From IMG/VR virus record IMGVR_UViG_3300027985_001102, positions 1 to 53,983 of that record: a DNA stretch of 53,983 nt. The stretch is one strand, 5' to 3'. The DNA is from a virus (Duplodnaviria > Caudoviricetes). Of the stretch, positions 35,760 to 45,433 are shown piece after piece (the stretch's first letter is position 1; every line of letters begins with the position of its first letter). The translations under genes were made by a program, and so were the position numbers. The notes beneath the pieces are model-generated. The model saw nothing but the letters and a program-made list of their open reading frames with translations. It did no database searches and had not been told where the DNA came from.

Positions 35760-36163
35760 TGCGCTTCCTTCCACACAATGGGATCGGCAATCGCTGGCGT
35801 CCCCTCACCTCCAATCAGCGCCACGAATGGTCTCAGGATGGTCCATGCGTCCACGATCATGTCGACGTACTCGGACGAATCGGAGCACGCTTTGCTCGCC
35901 AGCGCTGTCGACTGGACCGCGAGAGAGTAGCCTTCCTTGAGCCGCTCCAACGCGGTGTCGTAGGTGGCCTGCTGATCGGTTGTGAGTCGATCTCGAATGC
36001 CACTCTTGTCCAGGTCGCCGATCGCCCGCTGGACGTCGGCTAGGCGTGAGTTGACAGCTGGGGTGTTTGCCTCGATTTGGTCGCAGATCGTGACGCATCC
36101 GATCGCCAACAGCGACACAATGAAGATGGCAAAGGCTAGGATTGTGCGTTTGAATTTGGTCAT
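35756..36163 (-). CDS. Lipoprotein (spanin-like candidate)
   Basis: Lipobox LAIGC; helical body; lysis block. Confidence 0.6.
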   Translation of the reverse strand: MTKFKRTILAFAIFIVSLLAIGCVTICDQIEANTPAVNSRLADVQRAIGDLDKSGIRDRLTTDQQATYDTALERLKEGYSLAVQSTALASKACSDSSEYVDMIVDAWTILRPFVALIGGEGTPAIADPIVWKEAQ

Positions 36164-36166
36164 TGA

Positions 36167-36391
36167 CTATTCCTCCACAGGAGTGATGTCGATGAAGTAC
36201 TCCTTCAAGATTTTGAACTTGCCCTTCGCTTTCGGGTTGCTGATCATCAACTTCAGACTGCCGTCAGGCGTGAACTTCGCCCACGTCTTGTTCGTCTCTT
36301 TCTCATCCGATACGGCGTCTAGGCATACAACCTCGTTGTCGTAGCCATCGTCCGAAGTAATCCTAGTACAATGAAACTTTGCTCTGATCAT
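36167..36391 (-). CDS. Phage hypothetical protein (RAKF.C...WAKFTP.G.L...I.NP.A)
   Basis: GAGGA RBS; motif recalled from other phages, function unknown. Confidence 0.65.
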   Translation of the reverse strand: MIRAKFHCTRITSDDGYDNEVVCLDAVSDEKETNKTWAKFTPDGSLKLMISNPKAKGKFKILKEYFIDITPVEE

Positions 36392-36398
36392 GTCTTCC

Positions 36399-36875
36399 TC
36401 ACTTCAGTAACGGAATCAGCGCTGCAGCTGCAGCAATTACGGTCGCGATACCTGTGCATACGGCGGCAATCAGCGCCTTGCGAGCCTTTGCACGTTCGCG
36501 AATGAGCTCGACTTCAGCCGCAGTCTTGGCCTCGATTGCCATCCCAGCTCGGCCCTTCCAGAGCCGTGCGGACTCGTCTTCGTTGCCCGGGTACGTGGGT
36601 TCGTTTAGGTCCCAACCAATCGACGGAAGAGGTTGTCTTGCCTCCGGTGTTTGGGCAGGGACAACAGCGCCGATCTTGATCCCTTCGAGAAGGCGATCGA
36701 CCTTCGTTCCCACCTTTTTTATCTCCGAGAACATTGCAATGAGTTGCTCGGTGTTGCGTTGGTTTGCGCGGTTGTGCTCAATCTCATGCTGGCGTTGCCA
36801 GACTTCGACCGTCTCAATCCGATCATCTTGCGACGCGCAAAATCCTGTCGGATGGGTGCCGTTCCCCCCGGCCAT
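36399..36875 (-). CDS. Coiled-coil protein with C-terminal transmembrane helix (lysis-associated)
   Basis: ALIAAVCTGIATVIAAAAALIPLL. Confidence 0.6.
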   Translation of the reverse strand: MAGGNGTHPTGFCASQDDRIETVEVWQRQHEIEHNRANQRNTEQLIAMFSEIKKVGTKVDRLLEGIKIGAVVPAQTPEARQPLPSIGWDLNEPTYPGNEDESARLWKGRAGMAIEAKTAAEVELIRERAKARKALIAAVCTGIATVIAAAAALIPLLK

Positions 36876-37183
36876 TACGCACCAGCTTTCGGAGGCAACG
36901 TGGGAGTGTCCTTGGTAGTGGGAGCCTCACGAATCCACTCGTCAGGGGACGGCGACACGATGCCGAGCGCCTTTGCCTTGCCTCCCCAGCGATCCCACGA
37001 CAACACCATTACGCGCTCTGCGATAGACCACAACGCGAACAGTGCGCGACCTTTTGGGGGAGTGCGAGGAATAATGTTCCAAGCGACGTAGACCAGAATT
37101 GGGACCACGATCTCTGGGTGCGCGAGACACCAAAACCACGCTGCAACAAGCCACATCCACACTTTGAGCAGGTATTCAGTCAT
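36875..37183 (-). CDS. Holin-like small membrane protein
   Basis: Two N-terminal hydrophobic segments and a charged tail; lysis block. Confidence 0.55.
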   Translation of the reverse strand: MTEYLLKVWMWLVAAWFWCLAHPEIVVPILVYVAWNIIPRTPPKGRALFALWSIAERVMVLSWDRWGGKAKALGIVSPSPDEWIREAPTTKDTPTLPPKAGA

Positions 37184-37547
37184 CGGCTTTCACCTTCGTC
37201 GTTGAGGATTCTTTCGCGTAGTCCGACGGCAAGTCTTTGGCCTTCGGAAGCTTCTTGTCCTTGTCCGCGATCTCCGCCGCGGAAGAGTCATCGACCGGAT
37301 AGGCAAACGTCCCGTCGGTCCCCTCAAGAATCAGTTCCTCGAGCGCTGTAACGCATGGGCACGACGTGTCTACCTCGGTATCAGTGCACGTGCATTCAGC
37401 GACACGGCCACCACCTCGATTGACACCTCGACCGTGCGCAGGGCAGTCGCATGCTGGGTATCCACGAAATGCTGTGTCGATAGCTTGCGCTGCAATCGCT
37501 TCTGCTTCGGTGCCGATAACAGCCTTGGTTTTCTTCGTGCGAGCCAT
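37176..37547 (-). CDS. Cys-rich hypothetical protein
   Basis: CDCPAH, CTC, CPC. Confidence 0.5.
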   Translation of the reverse strand: MARTKKTKAVIGTEAEAIAAQAIDTAFRGYPACDCPAHGRGVNRGGGRVAECTCTDTEVDTSCPCVTALEELILEGTDGTFAYPVDDSSAAEIADKDKKLPKAKDLPSDYAKESSTTKVKADD

Positions 37548-38311
37548 CACAGCCCCCTTCGAGCAATCATGTCTGCCCGAACCATACCTTCTTCGTCGGA
37601 AGACAATGCCCTTGTCCACGCAGCGATCTCAGCAACGCGAATGTTTGCGTAGTTGCCAACGGTAGCCAAGTACCTTGCAGCGCCGATTGTGAACATGTCG
37701 AAGGTGACAGTGCCAACGTCGCACGCAACGCCATCAATGCCGATAGACGCCCCGTTTCGCAGCATTGTAAGCGACGTTCCGGTGAACATGTGGCTCAGTA
37801 CGTGACGACTCGTGTTTGCCGCACTGGTACCAGCTACGTTGACCCCAGTACCAGTATCGTCTCGTCTGTAGACTCGATGTGCAAGCGTGCTGGCAGCAAG
37901 TGTCTGTCCGTAGTACGGAGTGGATGTAGCCGAATTCCCAAGGTGGAACATGTAACGATCGACAGTGGTGCTCACCCACTGAAAGAGCATGATCAGTGTC
38001 AACGACTTGTCTGCTCCAGACAGGCATGCAGCGCAAGCCTCAGACGTGAGAAAGTCACTGGAACCATCGAGAAGCATCGAAGGTCCACCATCAACCCAAC
38101 CGCTCGACTCAAACGTTGGTCTAGAGCCAGCAATTGACTGAACGAGCGGGTGACCAAGACCTCCCTGACTGGCAATCGCGGACACCGCCCCTGATACAGT
38201 TGTCACACCCTGATCAAGGCGCCACCATGCGGCCATGTCGGGAATGGACGCAAGTGTCCATGGAGGCTTCCCACCTCGACCCATTCCCAACCCAAGTCTA
38301 AGTCCAGGCAT
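37547..38311 (-). CDS. Head fibre-like protein with LamG/ConA-like lectin domain
   Basis: N-terminal LRLGLGMG; AWWRLD, RP, DGSSDFL, IGA, AEI..W.RALS motifs. Confidence 0.7.
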   Translation of the reverse strand: MPGLRLGLGMGRGGKPPWTLASIPDMAAWWRLDQGVTTVSGAVSAIASQGGLGHPLVQSIAGSRPTFESSGWVDGGPSMLLDGSSDFLTSEACAACLSGADKSLTLIMLFQWVSTTVDRYMFHLGNSATSTPYYGQTLAASTLAHRVYRRDDTGTGVNVAGTSAANTSRHVLSHMFTGTSLTMLRNGASIGIDGVACDVGTVTFDMFTIGAARYLATVGNYANIRVAEIAAWTRALSSDEEGMVRADMIARRGL

Positions 38312-38315
38312 GTCG

Positions 38316-38696
38316 TCACCGTGCCGCAGACAGCCCCGTGGCCGTAGTTGCCGCTGTGACCTTCCAAATTCGAAGATCGCCAATCCGTTCACCGGCAGCG
38401 ATTGGAAGAGTCAGTGTGTTGCCAGTGGTTTGGTCCTCATACAGAACGACTGTGATGTTCCCCGCTCCAGTCGCCACGATCAGACGCAGTGGGGGATCGT
38501 AGGTCGTAGCGTCCGAGGCAGTGATTGTGCCATCTGCTGAAGCTGATTCCGAAGCACCACTGATGAGCGCGTCTTCCACTGCCAGCCCACCATCAGCGCC
38601 AGCCTTCAGGTTCATACCCTTCGTTGGATCGCTTGGGTCCTCAACAAGCGGAATGAACTTGGCGAATCTGCCCCATGCGTCGTTGAACCACGTCAT
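38316..38696 (-). CDS. Head spike base protein (RcGTA rcc01079-like)
   Basis: ITASD...RLIVATGAGNITV...AAGE...RIWKV.A.TTATGL pattern, followed by an LGLG fibre gene. Confidence 0.65.
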   Translation of the reverse strand: MTWFNDAWGRFAKFIPLVEDPSDPTKGMNLKAGADGGLAVEDALISGASESASADGTITASDATTYDPPLRLIVATGAGNITVVLYEDQTTGNTLTLPIAAGERIGDLRIWKVTAATTATGLSAAR

Positions 38697-39580
38697 ACCA
38701 CGATCTCCGTTCCAGTGATGATGCCCTTAGCCACAAGGGCTGACATGAGCGCCCGCAGCGTTGCTGTGTCGGTGTTGTACCAATTGACGGTTGCTCGTGC
38801 GGAGGCAGTCTGCCCGTGGAATCCGAGTAGCCCCGTTCCACCAACCCCGCTTGAATTGATGGTTACGAGAATGTTCCCACTACCATCTTTCAGGTACAGA
38901 ACACCATCATCCTCGCCAGGATTCCCGGCCCCTGGCGCTATGGTCAGGTTCTTGCCGTTGCCAGATGTCACAGGAGCGACATCAATCACTCTGTGGTCGG
39001 TGTTCGGGAGCCTGATATCCGAAGTCGCAATCCAGCCTGAGGAATAGGTAATGAACTGGTTTGCACTGCCAACTGGCATCGTGGCAGCCGCATAGGCCTC
39101 CACCAACTCGTTCTGGGCATCGGCCCAGCCACGCGGACTGTATTGTGTTCCTTCGGTACCGATGATCTTGCGCAAACCGGCACCAGAGCGAATGGCAACG
39201 AGACGCTCAAACACGTAGTCTGAGTTGGCAGACCCGTCTGGATTTACTCCATCATTCACCTTGCATCGAACGATGTAACTGTCTTGTCCAGATGCCGGCC
39301 ATGTGGTCGTTACTACACCATCAACCGAGGAAGCATTCACTGATGTCCCAGTTGCCCAAGCGCCGTTGTCGAGCGTGAGCGTCGGAGCATCTTTGCTTGC
39401 CATGGGGGCGTTCACATCGGAGCTATCAGCAACGGAAAAGGTGACCTTCCAAACCTCGGATGTTGGCGTCTCGAGCGCAAACGTCCCAGTAGCGCCATTG
39501 ATAGCGTCGTATCCACGGCTGCCAAACGCGTCACTGGCAGGGTCCCCATCGATGGTGAATCGTGCGAGGTTCGTTGTCAT
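38693..39580 (-). CDS. Virion structural / tail fibre-like protein
   Basis: Thr/Gly/Ser-rich, beta-rich; LGFHG and ALMSALVAKGII C-terminus. Confidence 0.6.
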   Translation of the reverse strand: MTTNLARFTIDGDPASDAFGSRGYDAINGATGTFALETPTSEVWKVTFSVADSSDVNAPMASKDAPTLTLDNGAWATGTSVNASSVDGVVTTTWPASGQDSYIVRCKVNDGVNPDGSANSDYVFERLVAIRSGAGLRKIIGTEGTQYSPRGWADAQNELVEAYAAATMPVGSANQFITYSSGWIATSDIRLPNTDHRVIDVAPVTSGNGKNLTIAPGAGNPGEDDGVLYLKDGSGNILVTINSSGVGGTGLLGFHGQTASARATVNWYNTDTATLRALMSALVAKGIITGTEIVV

Positions 39581-39924
39581 GAGATTGAATCTCCTGCGAC
39601 ATTGACAGCAAGCTTGCCCCACCACCGATTGTGCGCTGCCTCACGCAAGAGCAAGCGATGAGCGCCACCTTCCTGCGGTGTTATCACGATCGATTTCGGT
39701 GGAGTTCGGCGGAAGATTCGACGCTGGTAGCTCTGCTGACTAGGACCAATCACCTCAAATATGAGCGGAAGCACAACGTACTGTGGCAGCGTGCGCGCAT
39801 ACGATACCGAAACCACAAAGGAACGCAGCGCAGATGGTACCGCATCAGGATCGTCCCGAGTCAGATCGATACGATCCTCTCGTAGATACCTGGGAGAAAT
39901 CTCATCCTGCCAAGGATTGCCCAT
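39577..39924 (-). CDS. Hypothetical tail-associated protein
   Basis: Coupled overlaps in the tail block. Confidence 0.55.
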   Translation of the reverse strand: MGNPWQDEISPRYLREDRIDLTRDDPDAVPSALRSFVVSVSYARTLPQYVVLPLIFEVIGPSQQSYQRRIFRRTPPKSIVITPQEGGAHRLLLREAAHNRWWGKLAVNVAGDSIS

Positions 39925-40331
39925 CAGGGAACCTCCACGTCGATGTGGACAATAACCGTGCCACCAGCCGCCCGCGCCATCGCTATCGAGTAATGCCCCT
40001 CCGTGGTAGGCGTGAACTTCTGTTGTGCACTCTTGCCAACCGTGGAAGTGAACACGACAGGGCCAGGCTGTGGATGCTCAACAGCCCATGCCGTGAACAG
40101 CCTTCCTCCTAGAGAAAAGTCGAATGGAAGTGACCCTGCAATCTGAGCAGAGATCGTTATTTGAGTCCCAACAACACCAATCCAACGGAGGTGCGGCCGT
40201 CCAACGTGAGGATTCAGTCTCGATGGAGCACCTGGATCCAGCGGCCCAATAGTGCCAGAAGGACGTGCTGGGTCCAGCCACGTTGATTGAGTGACACCGG
40301 AGATCCCGATCGTAAACTCTTGCCCGCTCAT
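39924..40331 (-). CDS. Hypothetical tail-associated protein
   Basis: Coupled overlaps in the tail block. Confidence 0.55.
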   Translation of the reverse strand: MSGQEFTIGISGVTQSTWLDPARPSGTIGPLDPGAPSRLNPHVGRPHLRWIGVVGTQITISAQIAGSLPFDFSLGGRLFTAWAVEHPQPGPVVFTSTVGKSAQQKFTPTTEGHYSIAMARAAGGTVIVHIDVEVP

Positions 40332-41008
40332 GGATAGTTTCTTGTGACTGTCATCACCGTGTTGAAGCTGTGCACTTGTAGGCCCACTACAGCATTCGCC
40401 CCCGCCTCTCCCAATATGATTAGTCTGTACAAGTTGTTTGGTGAAACAGATTCAGAAAAGCCTGTTAGCGTAATCAAATGTGCTGATTCGTAAGCACCTA
40501 CAGCCGGAGATGGGTCATTGGCGGTGGCCACAAGCACGCCAACCGCAGCACCCACATCTCTGTACAATGACACATTCGGAATTGTCGCTGGGAGAGCCCC
40601 ATGCCCACCTGCTCCGGTCACAATCACATTCAGCTCTGTCAACGTCCCAACGTGCGGGAGACAGACGAATGGCAGCTCGGCAGATGAGGCGCTGGTCACA
40701 TCATCCTGATAGATGTACCTAGACCCATAGACGAAATGATCTAGGTATGGGGCATTCGTGACTGGATATGTCCTACCAGATGAGTAACTCGCATGCTCAA
40801 CGTACGGCTCTTGGAAAATGAGATCTCCAGCTCCAGGCTGAGCTCGCAGCTTATCAGCTCCAAAGATCACAGGATTCGTCGGGTTGTAGGTTCCACCCGC
40901 AGCGCCATCGATGGCGTTCGCGTGGTCGATATCCAACGCGTTCATCTGTGCCGAGGTCAAAACCTCGTACAGCGCCCACCCGAGAACATTTGCCCGCGAA
41001 AAGCTCAT
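40328..41008 (-). CDS. Tail fibre-like protein
   Basis: W...EVLTSAQMNALD N-terminal baseplate-anchor motif. Confidence 0.65.
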   Translation of the reverse strand: MSFSRANVLGWALYEVLTSAQMNALDIDHANAIDGAAGGTYNPTNPVIFGADKLRAQPGAGDLIFQEPYVEHASYSSGRTYPVTNAPYLDHFVYGSRYIYQDDVTSASSAELPFVCLPHVGTLTELNVIVTGAGGHGALPATIPNVSLYRDVGAAVGVLVATANDPSPAVGAYESAHLITLTGFSESVSPNNLYRLIILGEAGANAVVGLQVHSFNTVMTVTRNYP

Positions 41009-41361
41009 ACCAAGTCCTCCAGTTGGACCATCTTGGGGGCAGAAACTGGACGAGCGTACACACGCCACCCTCGCCACCCAGGATTTGACTGATCAGCGTC
41101 CGAGCGATCACGCTGAACAACGGGCCGTCGAAGACAATCGGTCACATCAAACAGCCCATTTCGCCCCATATCGCGCAGAAAACGACGCTGGACAAGCCCC
41201 TTCACTGCTTCGGTCACCTGCGACGCAGATACAATGAACCCGTTCGTTGCAGCCCATCCAGACAACATGAGCTCGATTTCGCCAAGCGTTCTGGCCCCAC
41301 CCCCGGTGGCGAGTAGGTTGTAGATCGTCATTGCGACGGTCGATGTTGCTACGCCTCTCAT
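41005..41361 (-). CDS. Winged-helix-like hypothetical protein within the tail block
   Basis: TLGEIELML...VTEAVKGLVQRRFL; ATGA overlaps on both sides. Confidence 0.5.
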   Translation of the reverse strand: MRGVATSTVAMTIYNLLATGGGARTLGEIELMLSGWAATNGFIVSASQVTEAVKGLVQRRFLRDMGRNGLFDVTDCLRRPVVQRDRSDADQSNPGWRGWRVYARPVSAPKMVQLEDLV

Positions 41362-42047
41362 ACTCCAAACCCCGTCAGATCAAGGGAAGAAAGATCGAGA
41401 ATGAACCCGACCTCGGTCACCACGACGAACGAGCACCACGACGGAAGAACACCGCGCAGGTACGCATGGATGCGCTCAATTGTCCGCTCCTCGGACGTGG
41501 TAGGAGGACCAGAATGCCCAACATCAAAGAGCACATAGAGAACGAAGTCGGTCGAGTAGTTGGGCACAATGCTGGCTACCATCGGGGGGGACTCAAGGCT
41601 CGCATGCAGAGGCCCGAACGCCCGTCCGTGCTGGGTAGTGGTACTGGCACCCGGTTCAAGGATCTCGATCCGAGAATCGATTGCCTTCAGATCGGCATCC
41701 ATATGCGGACAATCCGAGCGAATCGACGCCACAAACGCGGCCCACAGCCGAATCCTGTATGCGGACTCGCACTCACCCTTCGCACGCACCAAGCCTGTGA
41801 GCCCCTCGTAGTACGGGATCCCATCAGTTGCCAGGTGCGGGAAGAACTGTAGGACAGCCCTTTCCTTTGCGGACCAGATTGCGGCGAGCCCCTTGGCCCG
41901 AGAACGCCTCCACAACCCATCAAGACCCGTGTCGTCCTTGGCAGAGCCACCGCGGCCCACAGACCGCCTCATGGCGTAATACACGCGTGCAGACGGAGGA
42001 GGGCCACCACCGACCCTAAATGGGCAGGGATTGAGGGCTCCAATCAT
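41358..42047 (-). CDS. Baseplate wedge protein (Mu gp48-like position)
   Basis: ATDGIPYYE..TGL...YR.RL and LR.VLPSW motifs; follows baseplate J. Confidence 0.6.
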   Translation of the reverse strand: MIGALNPCPFRVGGGPPPSARVYYAMRRSVGRGGSAKDDTGLDGLWRRSRAKGLAAIWSAKERAVLQFFPHLATDGIPYYEGLTGLVRAKGECESAYRIRLWAAFVASIRSDCPHMDADLKAIDSRIEILEPGASTTTQHGRAFGPLHASLESPPMVASIVPNYSTDFVLYVLFDVGHSGPPTTSEERTIERIHAYLRGVLPSWCSFVVVTEVGFILDLSSLDLTGFGV

Positions 42048-42547
42048 GCGACCTCCAGCAGGAACTTTGCATCGGCGGCAAGTCCTGTTGCTGGGTTCCA
42101 CGTTGTGACGTTCACGACCAATGGGTTCGTGGTGTCGACCCACGCGTACGCTTCACGACGTGCTGCATACGTTGCCACAGCAGCGAGTGACATCGCACGC
42201 GCCCATGGAAGTTGAGTCGTTACACTCGCACCTGACTCGTCCAAGTAGGATGAGGCAAACGTGACCGTGTAGACACCTGTCCCAGTACGCGCGACCACCG
42301 GATGTGCCTGCTCGCCATTCGGATTCCATGCCTCGGCCTGATATGCGACACGCATGGTACTGACACCATCGTATTCCGCTACGACCACGGCCCTGGTCAC
42401 GTTCGAAACATTCAACCCGCCCACCTGATGGAACAGCAGATTGAAGGCTTGAGCGGAGATGTCTGATTCTGGATTCTCAACGGGGTACAAATCCCGCAGA
42501 GTAGGTCCGAACGTGTCCCGTGATACCCGAAGAGGAAAGCCACTCAT
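42044..42547 (-). CDS. Baseplate/tail-associated protein
   Basis: RTGTGVYTVTF motif; synteny. Confidence 0.55.
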   Translation of the reverse strand: MSGFPLRVSRDTFGPTLRDLYPVENPESDISAQAFNLLFHQVGGLNVSNVTRAVVVAEYDGVSTMRVAYQAEAWNPNGEQAHPVVARTGTGVYTVTFASSYLDESGASVTTQLPWARAMSLAAVATYAARREAYAWVDTTNPLVVNVTTWNPATGLAADAKFLLEVA

Positions 42548-44136
42548 AGCTGGTAGACTCCTACTCTGTTGATCGTGAGCATGTTGGGTCCGTCAGCCAC
42601 GTCTGCCGGATAGCTTGGGAGTGAAGGCGTCGGGTATCCTGAAGGCACAAGACCATCCGAAGCGCTGGCGCCGAGTGCCTCCATGATGCGCACCGCAAGC
42701 ACTCCACCAGCACGGGATGGGTATGCGTCGAGCGTGTCTGGAAATCGGCGGCATCGGGTACCACGTGGGTCTGTTGTCACGTCGAACAGATCGCCTGGGC
42801 CGAGTTCGTCGAAGTACTCCTCTACGGTGTCCGATATGATCTCATGCCTGGCGATCAATGGACTGACAATGTCGCCTGCGCTGATGTCGTCATTCGCTGT
42901 GGAAAGGACAACGGCAAATGTATGCGTGCCAGTCTGCTGAATCGACGCTAGCTCCAGCTCCACGAACAGGGATCGGGAAGAGTCCCAGAACATGAGCGAT
43001 GGGCAATCAGCGCCTGTGAGTGTCGACATCGCCGGCACGCCGGGAAGGGTTGTGTCTCCTGTAGACGTTAGTTCGAACTCGGTGGAGCTTGTCCATGTAG
43101 ACACGTACGGTCGAGTAGAGTTGTAGGTCGGCCAGGGAGATGCGTCGGCAAATCCCGCATCGGACCCAACCGCCAAACCAAGCTGTAGGGCAAACTCCAC
43201 TGGCTCGGAAACGGAAGAGACAACGAGCACCAACACGCGACCAGGCACAACCACGGAAGCGGGTGGTGTCAGGTAGGAAGTGCCGGCCGAAATCGTGGAC
43301 GTTGAAGGAATGCGAGCCAACGGCCCCACTGCCCCCGCTCGTTTCTGTGTGAGCGCAACAATGGTTGTACCTGCATGCAAAGCGCATGGGTAAATGAAGG
43401 CATCCTCGATTGAATTAGACGCAGCACGAGTCCAGGCTCGGAAGTGTGCATCATTCCCGGCTGCCTGCTTCTTTTGAACGTCAGACTCTATTCGAGAGGC
43501 GTATTCGCCATCTGTTTCGGTATTCGTGCCACCACCGAAGTTGGTTGCCACCGTGGCGACCGGGCCCATGCTCGGGTCGCGAGTCACCCATGTCAGCTTT
43601 GCGCCAGCCTCGAGGTTTGTCGCAGCACCCGTGTTGATCGCCTTCATGGAGACTGTGGCAGACCCGCCGGCCGGGGTCGTTACAGTCGAAAACACCTGGT
43701 ACTTGTTTCCAGCAGCATCTCTGGCCTGATACGCGAGCGCATCGGGAATCGTGCTTGATCCGACAATGATCGTTCCAACTGTCGCTGGAACTGTGACAGT
43801 CCCGCTTCCGCCAGTCGCCGCAAGTCGAGTCTTACCCCAAAGACGCCCGTGGTACCCCTCGAGCCACGCTGTGTTCGCGCGATTGATCCGAGACTGGTCC
43901 GACAGGAACGCTGCCCTTCGCTGGTCCCCTTGTCCCATCAAATCGATGCCGTTAGCTTCGTTCCACCAACGACTACCTGGTTGTGTTGCCCGCTGGATCT
44001 CGTCTTCCGTGAACAGGGCGCCCGTCTCTGGATTGATTTGACGACGGAGTCCTTCACGCCAATTGGGCATGATAATTCGGTCGCGGACCTGTCCGCGAGC
44101 GAGCAGCTCGAACTCTCTGTCCACGGGGGCCGTCAT
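42544..44136 (-). CDS. Baseplate J / Mu gp47-like protein
   Basis: WLE.HG.LWG.TR.AAT...G, A..TGAATN, GGTNTETDGEY.SRI, AGN..HF..W. Confidence 0.85.
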   Translation of the reverse strand: MTAPVDREFELLARGQVRDRIIMPNWREGLRRQINPETGALFTEDEIQRATQPGSRWWNEANGIDLMGQGDQRRAAFLSDQSRINRANTAWLEGYHGRLWGKTRLAATGGSGTVTVPATVGTIIVGSSTIPDALAYQARDAAGNKYQVFSTVTTPAGGSATVSMKAINTGAATNLEAGAKLTWVTRDPSMGPVATVATNFGGGTNTETDGEYASRIESDVQKKQAAGNDAHFRAWTRAASNSIEDAFIYPCALHAGTTIVALTQKRAGAVGPLARIPSTSTISAGTSYLTPPASVVVPGRVLVLVVSSVSEPVEFALQLGLAVGSDAGFADASPWPTYNSTRPYVSTWTSSTEFELTSTGDTTLPGVPAMSTLTGADCPSLMFWDSSRSLFVELELASIQQTGTHTFAVVLSTANDDISAGDIVSPLIARHEIISDTVEEYFDELGPGDLFDVTTDPRGTRCRRFPDTLDAYPSRAGGVLAVRIMEALGASASDGLVPSGYPTPSLPSYPADVADGPNMLTINRVGVYQL

Positions 44137-44573
44137 GATCCCACCACGAACGAAGAAGAGCGTCGACGGTTCTGCGCCTTGTTGACGTAGGTCACTTGGA
44201 CTTCAGCCCAGTCGTTTTCGACCAATGGGGTGACCTTCTCAAGCTTGATCCGTCCGTCGCGTACCAGGTCGCCAAGCGCCCGTTGAGTCTCGGCGACAAT
44301 GAACCCAGGTGCAGACGGGTCGAGAATCTTCAGATCACCGAAGCGGTGACCAACGCTTTCGACTGCGGCACCACTTCCGCGTTCGATACCAAGCGCGGCA
44401 AGCACAGCGGCATCAGTAGGCTCAAACCCACGAGAGATCGAAAGATACTCCCCAGTGCTTGGGTCGATCGCGTCCGCAAGGATCCCAGGCGGGACTGTCT
44501 CGTCCACAAAGCGCTCTTCGAGGAAGAATCCGGCTAGGGAAGTTCCCGCAGGTGGGACGACTGGCAGAGGCAT
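44133..44573 (-). CDS. Mu gp46-like baseplate wedge (sheath initiator) protein
   Basis: RGS....G.RF, RAL..LV.DG.I; precedes baseplate J. Confidence 0.7.
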   Translation of the reverse strand: MPLPVVPPAGTSLAGFFLEERFVDETVPPGILADAIDPSTGEYLSISRGFEPTDAAVLAALGIERGSGAAVESVGHRFGDLKILDPSAPGFIVAETQRALGDLVRDGRIKLEKVTPLVENDWAEVQVTYVNKAQNRRRSSSFVVGS

Positions 44574-44632
44574 GCCTGATCGTACCGTGCGAGACTGTTG
44601 CCTCGGCGAATGGGTTGGTTCATGCTTGCAGG

Positions 44633-45433
44633 ATGTGGTTCATATGGCTTGCCATCGTGGTTGTTGGATGCTCGAGCACATCGGAATCGAGTATGTCGAG
44701 CGACGCAGGCGCGGACACGTTCGATGCCACCGCCGAAGCAGATGGGGACGCTGCCGCCGAAGACGCTGCCGCCGATGAAGATGTCCAGGCAGATGTCTCA
44801 ATTGAGTCCGCCAATTACGACGTGAATCCAGACGGATACGTCCAAGACTCACACGAAGATGTCCCGCAAGATGTCCAAACAGATGTCCCGATGGATGCCA
44901 AGCTGGATACCCAACCGGATGTCGACCCGACGATCGACCCATGCGATCCACCAAGCCAAGAAGTGCGTCGGTGCACAGACGCTTGTGGGGACGCTGGAAC
45001 GGGAACCTCGACATCAACATGCGCAAGCTACCTCACATGCAGTTCAGACGAACCAAAGGAAGCCGAGCAAGCCGACTGGTCCGTGATTCTCCCGCCTGAA
45101 TCCCTGGTGCACCCAGGGCTGGACGGGAACGGTGTTGCATGTGACCGGATCTGCGACGGGTTCATTTCGTACGCGTTTCATGTTCCGTTTGGCAAATGCG
45201 CCCGACTCACATCGTCTGGGGAACGATCGTTCGTAATTGAACCGCAGACATCTGTGGTTGACTGCTCACAGGCAGCGGAATGCCTCATTGTGCGGAGCAA
45301 TCCAGGCAATCCGCCAAGCATTCCCAGTGGTGACGTGGTGCTCGTGATCGGTGCGGGTGACAGTCCTTCGTGGGTCCGTGTCGAAACCGAGGACGACTGG
45401 TCTCAGGACCCATGCGCGCTCACGTGTCCCTAG
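44633..45433 (+). CDS. Acidic, Cys-rich lipoprotein inserted antisense in the baseplate operon (moron)
   Basis: MWFIWLAIVVVGC lipobox; DAG/DAA-rich linker; Cys-rich C-terminal domain. Confidence 0.75.
   Translation: MWFIWLAIVVVGCSSTSESSMSSDAGADTFDATAEADGDAAAEDAAADEDVQADVSIESANYDVNPDGYVQDSHEDVPQDVQTDVPMDAKLDTQPDVDPTIDPCDPPSQEVRRCTDACGDAGTGTSTSTCASYLTCSSDEPKEAEQADWSVILPPESLVHPGLDGNGVACDRICDGFISYAFHVPFGKCARLTSSGERSFVIEPQTSVVDCSQAAECLIVRSNPGNPPSIPSGDVVLVIGAGDSPSWVRVETEDDWSQDPCALTCP

Noticed and set aside
44611-44630. Sigma54 promoter for the lipoprotein
   Set aside because: The GG to TTGC spacing is one base short, and the alternative register is a poor match.
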